DNA of 64,000 nt from Callorhinchus milii (lineage: Eukaryota), in NCBI RefSeq assembly GCF_018977255.1, contig NW_024704742.1, forward strand, positions 41,230,001 to 41,294,000. Direction: 5' to 3'. The position numbers and the translations under genes were made by a program. Positions 39,202 through 50,980 of this stretch are shown here, one piece after another; position 1 is the stretch's first letter, and each line of letters opens with the position of its first letter. The notes below the pieces were generated by a model. The model worked only from the letters and a program-made list of their open reading frames with translations. It ran no database searches and was not told the DNA's origin.

Positions 39202-39500
39202 GCGGGTGTGTGTGTGCGGGTGTGCGGGTGTGTGTGTGCGGGTGTGTGTGTGTGTGCGGGTGTGTGTGTGTGTGCGGGTGTGTGCGGGTGCGGGTGTGTG
39301 TGTGGGTGTGCGGGTGTGTGTGTGTGTGCGGGTGTGTGTGTGGGTGTGCGGGTGTGTGTGTGTGTGCGGGTGTGTGTGCGGGTGTGCGGGTGTGTGTGTG
39401 CGGGTGTGCGGGTGTGTGTGTGCGGGTGTGTGTGTGCGGGTGTGTGTGTGCGGGTGTGGGTGTGCGGGTGTGTGTGTGCGGGTGTGTGCGGGTGTGCGGT
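39202..39500. repeat. Compound GCGG(GT)n microsatellite just upstream of the LAP3 start
   Basis: Directly visible. Confidence 0.95.
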
Positions 39501-39542
39501 GCGGCCTCGCGGACGCTCTCTGGGCCCTATTATTTTGCTGAG

Positions 39543-42500
39543 ATGCTGCTCAGACTCAGACAGGGGTTGGGGTGGGGGTGGGGGCGGGGAAGGGGCCTCT
39601 CACTGTCCCGGGGCTATTGCAGCCACTCCAAGGTGACTGACTGACTGACTGACACCCACACACCCACACACTGCCCCCCCCCCTCCCCCCCCCCCCACCC
39701 CCCGGATTGTTAGGGGTTACCATTAAGTTCACCGGTTTGCAATTGTTCGGCTGTTCTGTTTTCCTGCAGCGCCGCTGCGAGTCGGCGGAAAAGGTGACGG
39801 CGTGACCCGATCGAGGAAACGTGTCTGGAAAACCAAGCGTCGCCGTTGCAATCATCATCATAATACTACTAATAACAATCCTCGCATCTGATACAGCGCT
39901 TTTCACGTCGGGAGGACGTCCCGAAGCGCTTCGCAGAACACACTGTAAAGTGAATTGACTGTATATTTGTGGGCGAACGCGGCAGTCAATGGCGCACAGC
40001 AATGTCCCACAAACAGTCGTGGATTGAAAATGACCAATTTCTTATTGTTTCAATAACCCGAGCAGCGGAGCGCGTGCAAATAACCAGGGGCACGAGGGCC
40101 TCTGGTGCGAATTGTTTTGCGGCTGCTGCGCTTATTTAGATATTTCCTTCCCTTCATCGTAAGAAAAAAAGAAACAATGATCCGACTTTGTTGCCGCTTG
40201 TTACTTCCGTTTGTAGGGTCTCGTCCTCGGGGTGTATACGGGGAAGAAAGAAGGTGAGGTGGGTCAGTTTACAAAGGCAGGCGAAGCGTTTGACAACTCT
40301 GTGTCAGGAAGGCTTCGGGAACTTCTTACAGTGTGAGTATGTTTCAGTGTCTGCAACAACTTGCACTTATTATAGCGCCCTTCACGCGCGCGGCAGCTTC
40401 CCGGAGCGCTTGACAGTGGTGGAGTCTGGCCCCGAGCCAGAGGGAAAGAGAGTGGGGGAAGTGACCGTAAGTACGATCATAAAGGAAGGTCTTTAGGCAG
40501 GATTTGAAAGTGGGGAGAGAGGGGCGAGGAGGCGGGATTGAGGGAGAGAGTTTCAGAATTTCGGGGCGTAGTGGCTGAAAGTGCGGCCGCCGATGACGGA
40601 ACGGGAGGGACGAACAGGAGACCGGAGGCAATGGGTGGGGGAGTAAGCAGATCTGATAGGGAGGGAGGTGCGAGGCCATGAAGGGATTTGAAAACTAGCG
40701 AGAAGATCTTGAAATCGATCTGTTCGATCTAAACTGCTGGAATATCGGCCTCGGTTGCTAAGGATCTTAAATTTGCTTCTCTGAGGTTCTGGAAGCCAAT
40801 TGAGTTTGGAAATCATGGGAACAGTGAGGCGTGGTAAATCGAGGTTCGGCAATTTGGAAATGTGTAAACTGAGAGTATAATGTTTGAGCTCTCTGCTATT
40901 TAACAAGCCCACCTGGTATTCTTGCTGATTTTGAGAATGCAACGGTTTTTGCTTTTCTTTTTAGATCTGGACCTGCACTGAAAAAGGGCAAAAGTCGCAT
41001 ATTTTATGGTGTCCATCAGGTATTGTTTCACTTTGAAATATTCAATACTTTGTTCAAGTGAATGCATCAATGTTACAGTTTTAGCGGTGTCAAATAAGTG
41101 AGATGTGGGGTGCAAGTGTGGTCTGGTTGCATGCAATACATTAGAATCATAGAACAGAATCATAGGATATTACAGTACAGAAGGGGACTATTCAGCCCAT
41201 CGTGCCCCTTTGGAAGAGCTACCCAATCAGTCCCACAAAACCTTCCTCTTTGACTGCACTTTTGAACATATTTCCCCACCGCCAGCTCAGGTGCAAAAAG
41301 CCTGAGCTGTCCAGAGCCTTGGGACGTACCTCCAATGTGAAAGGTGCTGTATGAACAGAAATTTGTATTGGATTTGTAATGCCCGTGTTCCTAATTATTA
41401 AAAGGGTATTTTGTGTTTATAGGATTTCCCCCAACTTGTAGTTGTTGGTCTTGGTGACAAGGAAGCTGGAGTCAGTCATTCGGAACAGTATGATGAGAGC
41501 AAAGACAATATCCGAGCTGCCATTGCAGGTAAAAGGTGCTTTTCATCTATCTTTATGTCGTGTGAATGAACACTGCAGTACTGGTTTATTGTGTGTGTGT
41601 TTGGTTGACTCTATAGTTAATTTCTTCAGCTTGGAGAAATAGTTGACATTAGTTGAGCTGATGCAGTGAGTTTGCAGACTGATAGATCAGTGTCTGCCTT
41701 TGAGGTGGTCGTCCTTCTCTGTAATCTGCCGCCTGCTGGTCAGATGGTGAATGGAGCTCAAGTGGTTTCTTTCACTGAGACAATTTCAGATTTGAATGAA
41801 TCTGCACTGTTGTTGTTCACTGCCCGGCAGTAGGTTGGACCACAGCATTGTTGTGATCGTTCAGATAAGACTAGGTGATTGGAAGATGAATTATCTATCA
41901 ACCCCTTGTCAGGAAATGCTATGAAGGACATGAATAGGAGTTAAATTAATGGGAGTTTGAGGACCGAAAAAGGTCAGAATTCCCTGGCTTGTCCTGCCAT
42001 TTCAGCCCAGGATATCTTTCACTCTGTTAGGCAGATACCAATGCTGGAGAAGCTTTTCTTTTCCTGGAAAATACCTCTTAAATTAAAACCCAAATGAATC
42101 ACTTGGCTGATTTAATTTGTACAATGCAGCTCTTGGATACTTGGCTCTCATTGTTTATAGTTACTGAATATAATGGAGTTTCTAATGTTTTTGTGATGGA
42201 GTTCTGATGGGAAGTGATTTCAGTGGTGCTTTCTTCGTACATGTTGCATGCAAGGTTATAGCATGTCCTGTGAATATCGTGCATATAGTAAGTAATGTCA
42301 GCAATGACATGACGACCCTGACTGGAAACACTGACTGGTGGACATTTTTGTGCACCCCATTATAACACTAGGTCTGAGTTTATATACCCAAACCAGCAGG
42401 TTATAATGGGGTTCACTTGATTATTTATGGATGTTTAAATAATCTGTTGTATTGAATTTCAAAGAGTTATGCACAGCACTTTTTAATGGAAAAATGTCCC

Positions 42501-45500
42501 ATCTTAATGTGTTTCAGTTGGATGCAGGCAGTTGCAAGACCTTGAGGTTCCAGTAGTGGACGTTGACCCATGTGAGGATGCCCAGTCTGCAGCTGAAGGA
42601 TCCGTTTTGGGTTTATTTGAATACAATGATCTGAAGCAGAAAAAGAAGAATTTGGTCACTGTGAGACCATATCAAAGGTACCTAAACCTGATGAATTTAT
42701 AGGAAGTGCACTTTATTTCTGTTTATTGTGTTTTGTCTCAAGAAACGTATACCTGATCCAAGCACTGAAATTCCATAATATTTATGCTTCTGCATTATTA
42801 TGTAGCTTCTATATTATTCAATTAACCACTGATGTTTAACATTCAGCTTGATTTAATGTCTTGTGTAAATGCAGCATTTCCAGTCTCTTTCCCCCCCTCC
42901 AATACTGACTGGGCTGAGCTATGAGCACAAAACTTGTGAGCTCAAGTCCCAATGTAGGGATTGAACCTACAACTTTAGGAGATGGGAGAATGTTATTTAC
43001 TGAGTCAAACTGATGCAATATTACCCAATTCTCCAACCATATTAGAGTATTATGTCAATAGCTTCATAACATCTTTCCCTTAGCGTGCCGAACTTTAAAT
43101 ACTTTACTGCTGTTTCTCTCCGCAAGTTCAGACAGTGAGGCCTGGCAGAAAGGAGTTGCATATGCAGAAGGCCAGAATTTAGCGCGCCACTTGATGGAAA
43201 TGCCAGCTAATTATTTAACTCCAACCAGCTTTGCAGAGACAATACAACAAACTCTGAGTTCAACAGGTGCTGATGTCAAAGTACACATAAGGTAACTCAC
43301 TTCCTGCATTAATTATGGTTTCCTTTCAGTCAGACAGAATTCTCAGACGTGCAAAATCTCTTCTGTTGCTGAGTATCCAAACCAGATTGAGAGTTTGAAA
43401 TATGTATGACACCTACACATGTGCACTTTTATGAAGTAGACATTCAGTAACTGGAAATACATTGCATTTATAAACTACTTCAAACAGATTAGTATTAATA
43501 TCCTATAAATTAGTAATCAAATGCTACAATATTTTACAGGGGGAAATCTACATTTGTTTCATACTTGCCTAGTAAAGGATCTAATAGGGAGTTTGAAAGG
43601 AATTTCTTCATGCAGATGGTGGTGTGAATGTGAAGCTCATTGCCGGAAGCTGTGGTTGAAACAAAAACATCAGTGTATTTAAGAGGAAACAATGATATTC
43701 AGTAGGAAACAATGTGTAAATGAGCGAGAAGGGAATCAAGCAGAATAGAAGAGTGGAATTGTAGGTATGGAAGTTTGTGTGGAGTATAAACACTGGTACG
43801 GATTAATTGGGCTAATTGGCTTGATTCCTTGCCTTGTAATTCTATGACTCCCTTTTGTTTCATTTATCTCTTTTAGAACCGAACCCTGGATTGAGGAGCA
43901 GAAAATGGGAGCTTTCCTTAGTGTAGCCAAAGGCTCAGATGAAAAGCCAGTTTTCTTGGAAGTCCACTACAATGGCTGCAATGTCTCTCGTGACTCACCA
44001 TTAGTCTTTGTGGGAAAAGGTGTAACCTTTGATAGGTAAGTGTATTTTAAATCGGGATAAGATTGCTGGATACCTATAGTGGTACTCAATTGCCTCAGTG
44101 TTGTCAGTCAATATTTTAATCTACATTTAAACTCTGGTGAAATACAACAGTTTCAGATTAAACTGATGAATTGATGTTACATAGAAGTGCAAGCACAGTT
44201 GGTTCATGCTACTGAGTAGAAGCAAATTTCCTGTTGTATAACTACGAAATGCATTAATGTTCTCAAATGAAGATAAAAATTTAGTGGTATGATGCGGTAG
44301 TCAATCTGTGCACAACAATGTCCCAGAAACAGCCATGGAGTGAATGACCATTTTTATTTGGGGAATTCTTGGCCAGGAGAAACTCCCTTCCATTTTCAAA
44401 TCGTACCATCCACCTGGCAGGCAGATGAAACGTAGGTTTAACATCTCATCCTAAGAATGGCATCTCCAGCTCACTCCCAGCACTGCACTGGAATGTCAGC
44501 ATAGACTAGTTCTGATGTGGGGCTTAAACCCAGGTCCTTCTGATTTAGAGGAAAGAGTGATACGAATTGAGTCAGGCTGATACACAATGTACAGTGTATA
44601 CCAAACTTACTTTAGTGAAGGGAGGGAGGTGTTGATTATGTAGTGAACAGAAGTTTTACAGTGCATGTGTTCCTTGAAAAATGCTTGGATTACTATGTTT
44701 TCAATTTACAGTGTTTTTGGGTTGTTGTAGATTTTATTGGAGCACAGAGTGGAATTTGCATTTCTTCTGTACATTCAGTATAATCTGTTGTGTAACTAGT
44801 TTCCTTTTCTTTTTGCAGTGGTGGAATCTCAATCAAACCTGCATCGGGCATGGATGCAATGAGAGGTGACATGGGAGGGGCAGCAACCATCTGCTCTGCC
44901 ATCGTCACTGCAGCAACTTTAAAACTTCCTCTTAACATCATAGGTAAGGTACTGGAGTAACAAACTGCAGTGTTACCAGTAGTCCCTTCAATCCTGTCCC
45001 AAAGTGTTTTCCTGCAGTTTCCTTTATCCTTCTGATCACTGAATGTTCCATGTGTTGTTCTGCTTAAGCACCCTAGTATGCAATTGTTTCCTCTGCATGA
45101 ATGTGCAGAATCACAAACATTAGTTCATATTATTTCCTATAATTACAGAGTTATAAATCTTCTCATCTCCTTAACAAGACAACAATGTAAATGCCTTTAC
45201 TGCTAGAATTAATAATACCTACACCAAATGTACCTACACCAAATGTAAATGTTAAATATCCCTTTTCTTTTTATTTATCACTTTTAAGAAAATATTCTCG
45301 CACCAGAAGTAGTCTGGTTCCTGGTGATATTTGTTAACTGAATGGTTAAGAGTAGGCTTCATTTTAACTTATTTCCAGGCCTCTCCTCCCCTTCGCTTCA
45401 ATTCATCCCCCCCCACCAAAGGATGTTACTCCCTAGCCTGTCAGTAGCACACTTATTATCTCTGTAATGTAATGTAAAAGAATTGATTACTGAACCTAAA

Positions 45501-48500
45501 GTTTTACTTTTGTCTAAACCATGGTATAATCTGTGGAGTCAGAATTAGGTGTTGTGTTAAATAAATTGTAATTTATTGAGTTAGAGAAAGCAGCACAAGT
45601 CCATCAATCTCCACCACACATCAATCATTGCATCCCTGTTTATTTGATTGTATATAATATGTATATAATATATACACAACACATAATGTGTATTCTAATT
45701 CTAACCACCTCTGCATAAAAATTGGAGGTGGGAGTTGCATTGTTCTGATTGTAAAGCTTGTTTTGTGTTTGTTCTAATGCATCTTCTAGGTCTAGCACCT
45801 TTGTGTGAGAATCTATTGAATGGTAGAGCAAATAAACCCGGTGATGTTGTCAAAGCGAAGAATGGAAAAACAATACAGGTAAGAGTGCACTTTCCCATTT
45901 CTGCTAAAATATTTCACCAGTCCAAACAATATTGTAATCTTGGGTACAGAGGGGAAGGAGTATGTTATCTTTGCTGTAACAAAATACTACCTTACAGATA
46001 GGAATTTGGTTTGATGGTAAAGGATAGTTTAACACCATTGAACGTGATTATTGCTAAAGTAAAAGTGTAAAAAAATCAGAGAATTTAAAGTGAGATTCAA
46101 CCTGCACTTTCAAACTTCATTAAACAAACTGGAAAGTATTTTTAATTTGATTACATTGCAAAATAAAATTAATGGGTAAAAATTCTGTTGAGTGTTATGC
46201 TTGGTGCCTTTGACAATAGGATCTCCCATTATAATAGTGCTTCACCAGAAGTTTAACGTAATGCTCAATAGAATTGTTACCCCAACTTGGTAAAAACTCA
46301 TGAGTTAATGCAGTGAGTAACTGAGCCATACAGATCGCAAAGGTCCTCAATTCATTCCTTGTTCTGAATTAAATTTTAACCAGATTAGCAAAGAGATATT
46401 GCAACTAATTCTAATATCTTAAGGTTAGGGAAGGAAAAATTTGCTTGGCTTTTGCTACTGAGGGCTGAAATTCCACCTAGTTTTAGCATGCAAGACCATT
46501 TTGTCCTTAAAATTTAGGATTGTACAAAATGGTGTAAATTCATAAATTCAATTTTAATTTTGAAAGCCAATTTTCTGCACCTTGTAGCGAACAGTTATGG
46601 GAAGAGTGGGAAGATTAAAGCTTATAAGTTAATGTGAGAGTTGACTATTAATCACAAACAATGTATTTATAAAGCCATAAGAATGACAAGATGCCGACTA
46701 GATTCTTTCATTGTCTACAGAATTTGTTTATATTTCATCATTTGAATCCCCTCAGCATCGAACAGCGGATTAATTTTCTCCCTTGAATTTTAAAGGTAGA
46801 TAACACTGATGCAGAGGGTCGTTTGATACTAGCTGATGCCCTGTGCTATGCCCATAACTTTAATCCCAAGGCGATTGTAAATGCTGCCACGTTAACAGGT
46901 ATAGTTATGTTGACTTTTCTTGAATTTGCACAATGTCAATAAAGACAGTGAGGACAGGACCTGATTAGTGTACCACTTGGCGCGTCACTGAACCACATAG
47001 ATCTGAAGGAAGGTCCCAAGTTATTTTCCTTGTCTGAGCTGGGTAAGCTGTTCTCAGCTGGGACAGCAGTTGGAATGCTCCAGGTCTCACGCATTTAATG
47101 AGGATTAAATTGGCTGCGATTCCAGCTGCTGATTGCAATCGAGTGACGAGCTGCTGGAAAGTGTGCACCTAAAGGTATCTGGTGGAGAAACCATTTGGAG
47201 AAAGCCTAGTAGCACTTGCTGTCTTAGCTCACCCTGGAGCAAGATACCAAAGGCATCCTGGGATTTCAGCATAGGAGGTAAAAAAGCTCCCGACAGCTAC
47301 ATCTATTAGACCCAGTTACCTTAAGAACTTCAAAATATATTCAAGGAAATAACTTATAACTCGAGTTGGTCATCGTATAAAGTGGAAAGTCTTGTGGATT
47401 GTAAGATCTTGGAAGTCCAATGTTACTGCATAAGTAGCAAAATCTAAGCATTTAGAAGTACATAGTAACATAGGAATAGGGGTAGGTCATTTTCATCCAT
47501 CGAGCCTGTTCTGCCGGTTTATTAGTTGCTTGTATCTTCAGTTCAGTGATTTGATTGAGATATTTAACAGGTGCTATGGATGTTGCTCTGGGGTCAGCAG
47601 CAACTGGAGTCTTCACCAACTCAGACTGGCTGTGGAATCACCTCCGAGAAGTAAGGATGGCTTATGTCACAAGTTACACACATTTGCTTCTTCGGTACTC
47701 GTGCGCATTTATTTTTAAAATTATGAATTTTAGAATGGAGACTAGAACACTAAAACAACAATTTGTTGAATTGACCAACCATTATAATTCACAGGTTATG
47801 AATTTAAAAAAAAGCGCAATTCTGTAAATTGGATGAAGGTCCCTGTGCACTTTATCTCAAAGATTCTTCACTGCCATGTCAGCCTGAGAGGGATCATGGG
47901 GTCAAGGGACAGTGATTAACGCTTTTGTATCTTTTTATTTTTACTTGCGGTCAGCCAAATAAACTGCTGTGATTATTTCTGATTCCGTATGTTCCTATGT
48001 GCTACAGATTGTCAGACTACTTGGAAGAATTATATGCGGTAAAAATGGTCTAGATGAAAACTGAGAGGATGGCGTAGCATTATAATCGCTTCCAAATCAC
48101 CATCAATATAGTGATTTAAAACAAAATAACTTGATTTGCTGTAGAATATTATATGAATGAGAGAATAAATGAAGCTATCCAGTGTGATCTGTTATCTGTT
48201 TCATAAATGAGGCTCATCAAAAATTGCACTTACAAATACATTCAAAATTACTGTGCTCTTTTGTCTTCTTGATCTCAGCAATATGTAGATTAATTAGAAA
48301 ATCTTTGTAATTTGTCCTGAAATAATTGTGTAAAGTAGTGCTTTATTCATTTTCCCTCTCCATTAAACTGAAGCACTTCAACCACAGCAATTTACATCAT
48401 ACAGTGCTTTTCATATTGGGAGGTCGTCACAAACACTTCACACAGCAAATTGGATATCTGAGTTGAGTCGAGTAGGGGAAAAAAACAAACAAAAGCTCAG

Positions 48501-49271
48501 TTGAAAATAATATAATAATAATAATCCTTGCATTTTATATAGCGCTTTTCACGTCTTCTAGATGTCTCAAAGCACTTAAAGTGATTTTACATCAGGCTTT
48601 GAAGGTGAGGAGAGAGGGGGCATGGAGATTTAAATGTGAAAACATGGATCTTTAATTCAATCCGGTGGGGAGCCAGTTGAGCTGAGGGAGGATGAGGATG
48701 ATAGACTCATGAATCCTGGTGTTGGAAAAGACAAGCACTGTATTAGTATTATTTGGTTGAGAAGTTAGGCTTAGTTACATGTTCTGCCAATTAATTTGAA
48801 TGACATGGATCTCAGTGCATTTCTGATCATTATCTGTTGTTAATTGCATACTTTCTCTTTTCAGGCTGGTGTCGTGACTGGAGATCGTGTGTGGAGAATG
48901 CCACTCTTCCAGCATTACACCAAACAAGTAACAGAGTCACAGCTAGCAGACCTCAATAACGTTGGCAAATATAGCAGGTGAACACAGTACCATTGTGACT
49001 TTTACACTGTCAGTTTATTTGCACATTAAAGTGCTGCCCGATAACATCTATTCTCTGCTGGTTCTCTTTCTGCAGGTCTGCAGGTGCTTGCACGGCAGCA
49101 GCATTCCTGCAAGAGTTTGTTACAGCCCCTCACTGGGCTCACCTTGATATAGCTGGAGTGATGACAAACAAAGATGAGGTTCCTTACCTGCGAAAGGGAA
49201 TGGCAGGAAGACCTACCAGGACATTGGTAGAGTTTGCTGCTCGTCTGAGTCGAGAAAAACTAAAAGCATAA
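39543..49271 (+). CDS. LAP3: Cytosol aminopeptidase (leucine aminopeptidase 3, peptidase M17), 13 exons, about 518 aa
   Basis: Exons 39543-39632 (least certain), 40217-40332, 40965-41019, 41423-41528, 42518-42677, 43127-43291, 43877-44035, 44819-44943, 45790-45878, 46796-46898, 47571-47650, 48865-48977, 49076-49271. Phases agree; 1557 nt. Motifs [61 protein letters not shown] at 49423. Confidence 0.96.
39870..40050 (-). mobile_element. 5'-truncated young SINE in LAP3 intron 1
   Basis: Matches the SINE tail and Deu-like core. Confidence 0.88.
40353..40760 (-). mobile_element. L2 3' fragment in LAP3 intron 2
   Basis: caacaacttgcac tail; [11 protein letters not shown] and [11 protein letters not shown] remnants. 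Confidence 0.8.
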
Positions 49272-49544
49272 TGAGGAGAACTAAATATTTCTTTGACAAT
49301 ATTTCAAAACATCAATTCTTGACAGTTGTTTAATAATAATAATAAAAATTCTTAAATTTGATACAGTGCCTTTCATGTTGCTGTATTTTGTAATTTGCAA
49401 CTGATTTAAGCTATTTTTTATTAATAAAACACTGTAATCATGAGAAAGTATTGGCAGTGTTGGATTTTAATTTGTGCTAAATGGTGTGTACTTTCTCCAG
49501 TATGCATCAGGTTATTCATTTTGTAAATCCAATTTGTAATTTGA

Positions 49545-49940
49545 GCATCCTGTGCAATGGACCTGGTCCATGCCTTTGTCACCTCTTGGCTGGACTATTC
49601 AAACGCCCTCCTCGCCGGCCTCCCCTCCACTACCATTCATAAAATCCAGATTATTCAAAACTCTGCCACCCGCATTCTCAGCTACACCAAACTCCCCGAT
49701 TACCCCAGTCCTTGCCAGACTGCACTGGCTGCCTGTCCCAGAGAGGATCGATTTCAAGATCCTCATCTTTGTCTTCAAATCCCTCCACTCCTCCACACCC
49801 CCCCAACCTCTCTGACCTCTCTCCTCAAAACATTGCCCATTGTCTTTGTTCCTCTGGCTCGGCCCCGGGATCCGTTACTGTGAAGCGCTCTGAGACGCCG
49901 TCCGGCATGAAGGGAACTATATACATCCAAGTTGTTGTTG
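49545..49940 (+). mobile_element. L2 3' fragment
   Basis: [36 protein letters not shown], (TTG)n tail. Confidence 0.85.
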
Positions 49941-50502
49941 GAGAAAAACTTTTGCCTACAAAAACAGTCACTGCACTTGAATTGACTTCCTGCTAAGGTG
50001 CTACGACAATACAAGTGATTTTCTTGTGATGACCTACGTGACACAAATTCCTCCCCAAAACAAATAATTTCGCTAAATGCTCTTTTTTTAAAAAAAAAAT
50101 AAAAACATTCCTTGACGTTGCACCGAGAGAGGTTTGATTTGCTCCTGAAATACTGCCTCAAGTGACTTAAGATGTCTCGGTGAATAAATACGGTTGCTTT
50201 TGTTAAGGCAGGAGCAAATTGTGCGCAGAACATTGGCCTATTTTCTAGATGTTGGGGCAAACGATGTCCCTCTCCCTCAATAAACTTTTGACACCTGGAA
50301 CCACTGACAGTGAAACACCCAGAATTAAAATACGTTTGTAGACTAAAGTACACCAAAGAGTAGCCCAAAAGTGGCACGACATTGCATTGCCTCCTACGGC
50401 GAGCAGAGTGGCTAATTCGGGATCGTGCTGTTCACGCTGCGCAAGAAGAGGTCTTCCAATGGGTTGGGGGGGCGCTTTTATAGCAGATCTAAATTATATC
50501 TT

Positions 50503-50825
50503 GTGGAGTCCTGTAGCTCAGTGGTTAGAGCACTCGCTTTGCAAGCGAGAGACCTGAGTTCAATTCCAGACAGGGCGAAACCTTGGGCAAGTTTCCTTAC
50601 TCCACACAGAGCCTAATAATAATCCCTCCAAAAAACAAAACAATAATAAATTGGTCATTTTCAATCTACGACTGTTTGTGGGACATTGCTGTGCGCAATT
50701 GGCTGCCGCGTTCGCCCACAAATATACAGTCAATTCACTTTACAGTGTGTTCTGTGAAGCGCTTTGGGACGTCCTCCCGACGTGAAAAGCGCTATATCAA
50801 ATGCAACGATTATTATTATTATTAT
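50503..50825 (+). mobile_element. Full-length young tRNA-Ala SINE with intact Pol III boxes
   Basis: A box tagctcagtgg, anticodon loop ctttgcaag (TGC), B box gttcaattc, Deu-like core, L2-like tail and (TTA)n. Confidence 0.93.
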
Positions 50826-50859
50826 ATAAAAAAAATTCGTCCCCCAGCCAAAAGCTGCT

Positions 50860-50980
50860 GCTTCTCAGGCCCAGAGTGAGGAGGCCGCCCAATTGGGCGT
50901 GAACCCGCCCAACCCGCCCACAGGGGGAGGGGAGGGGAGAGCACGGCGCAGGCGCAGCGACACGTCACGCAAAATGGCGG
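50860..50980 (+). promoter_or_regulatory. MED28 CpG-island promoter
   Basis: CCAAT (cccaattggg), GC boxes ccgccc, NRF1-like gcgcaggcgc, CRE-like acgtca and YY1 motif aaaatggcgg over the ATG. Confidence 0.7.

Noticed and set aside
36461-39644. Long ORFs (614, 834, 316, 310 aa and the Cys/Val-rich ones)
   Set aside because: They are translations of stop-free tandem repeats with no gene structure.
50503-50580. tRNA-Ala(TGC)-like sequence (also at 56603, 28870 and 1015)
   Set aside because: It is the SINE head: imperfect acceptor stem, continuing into the SINE body.
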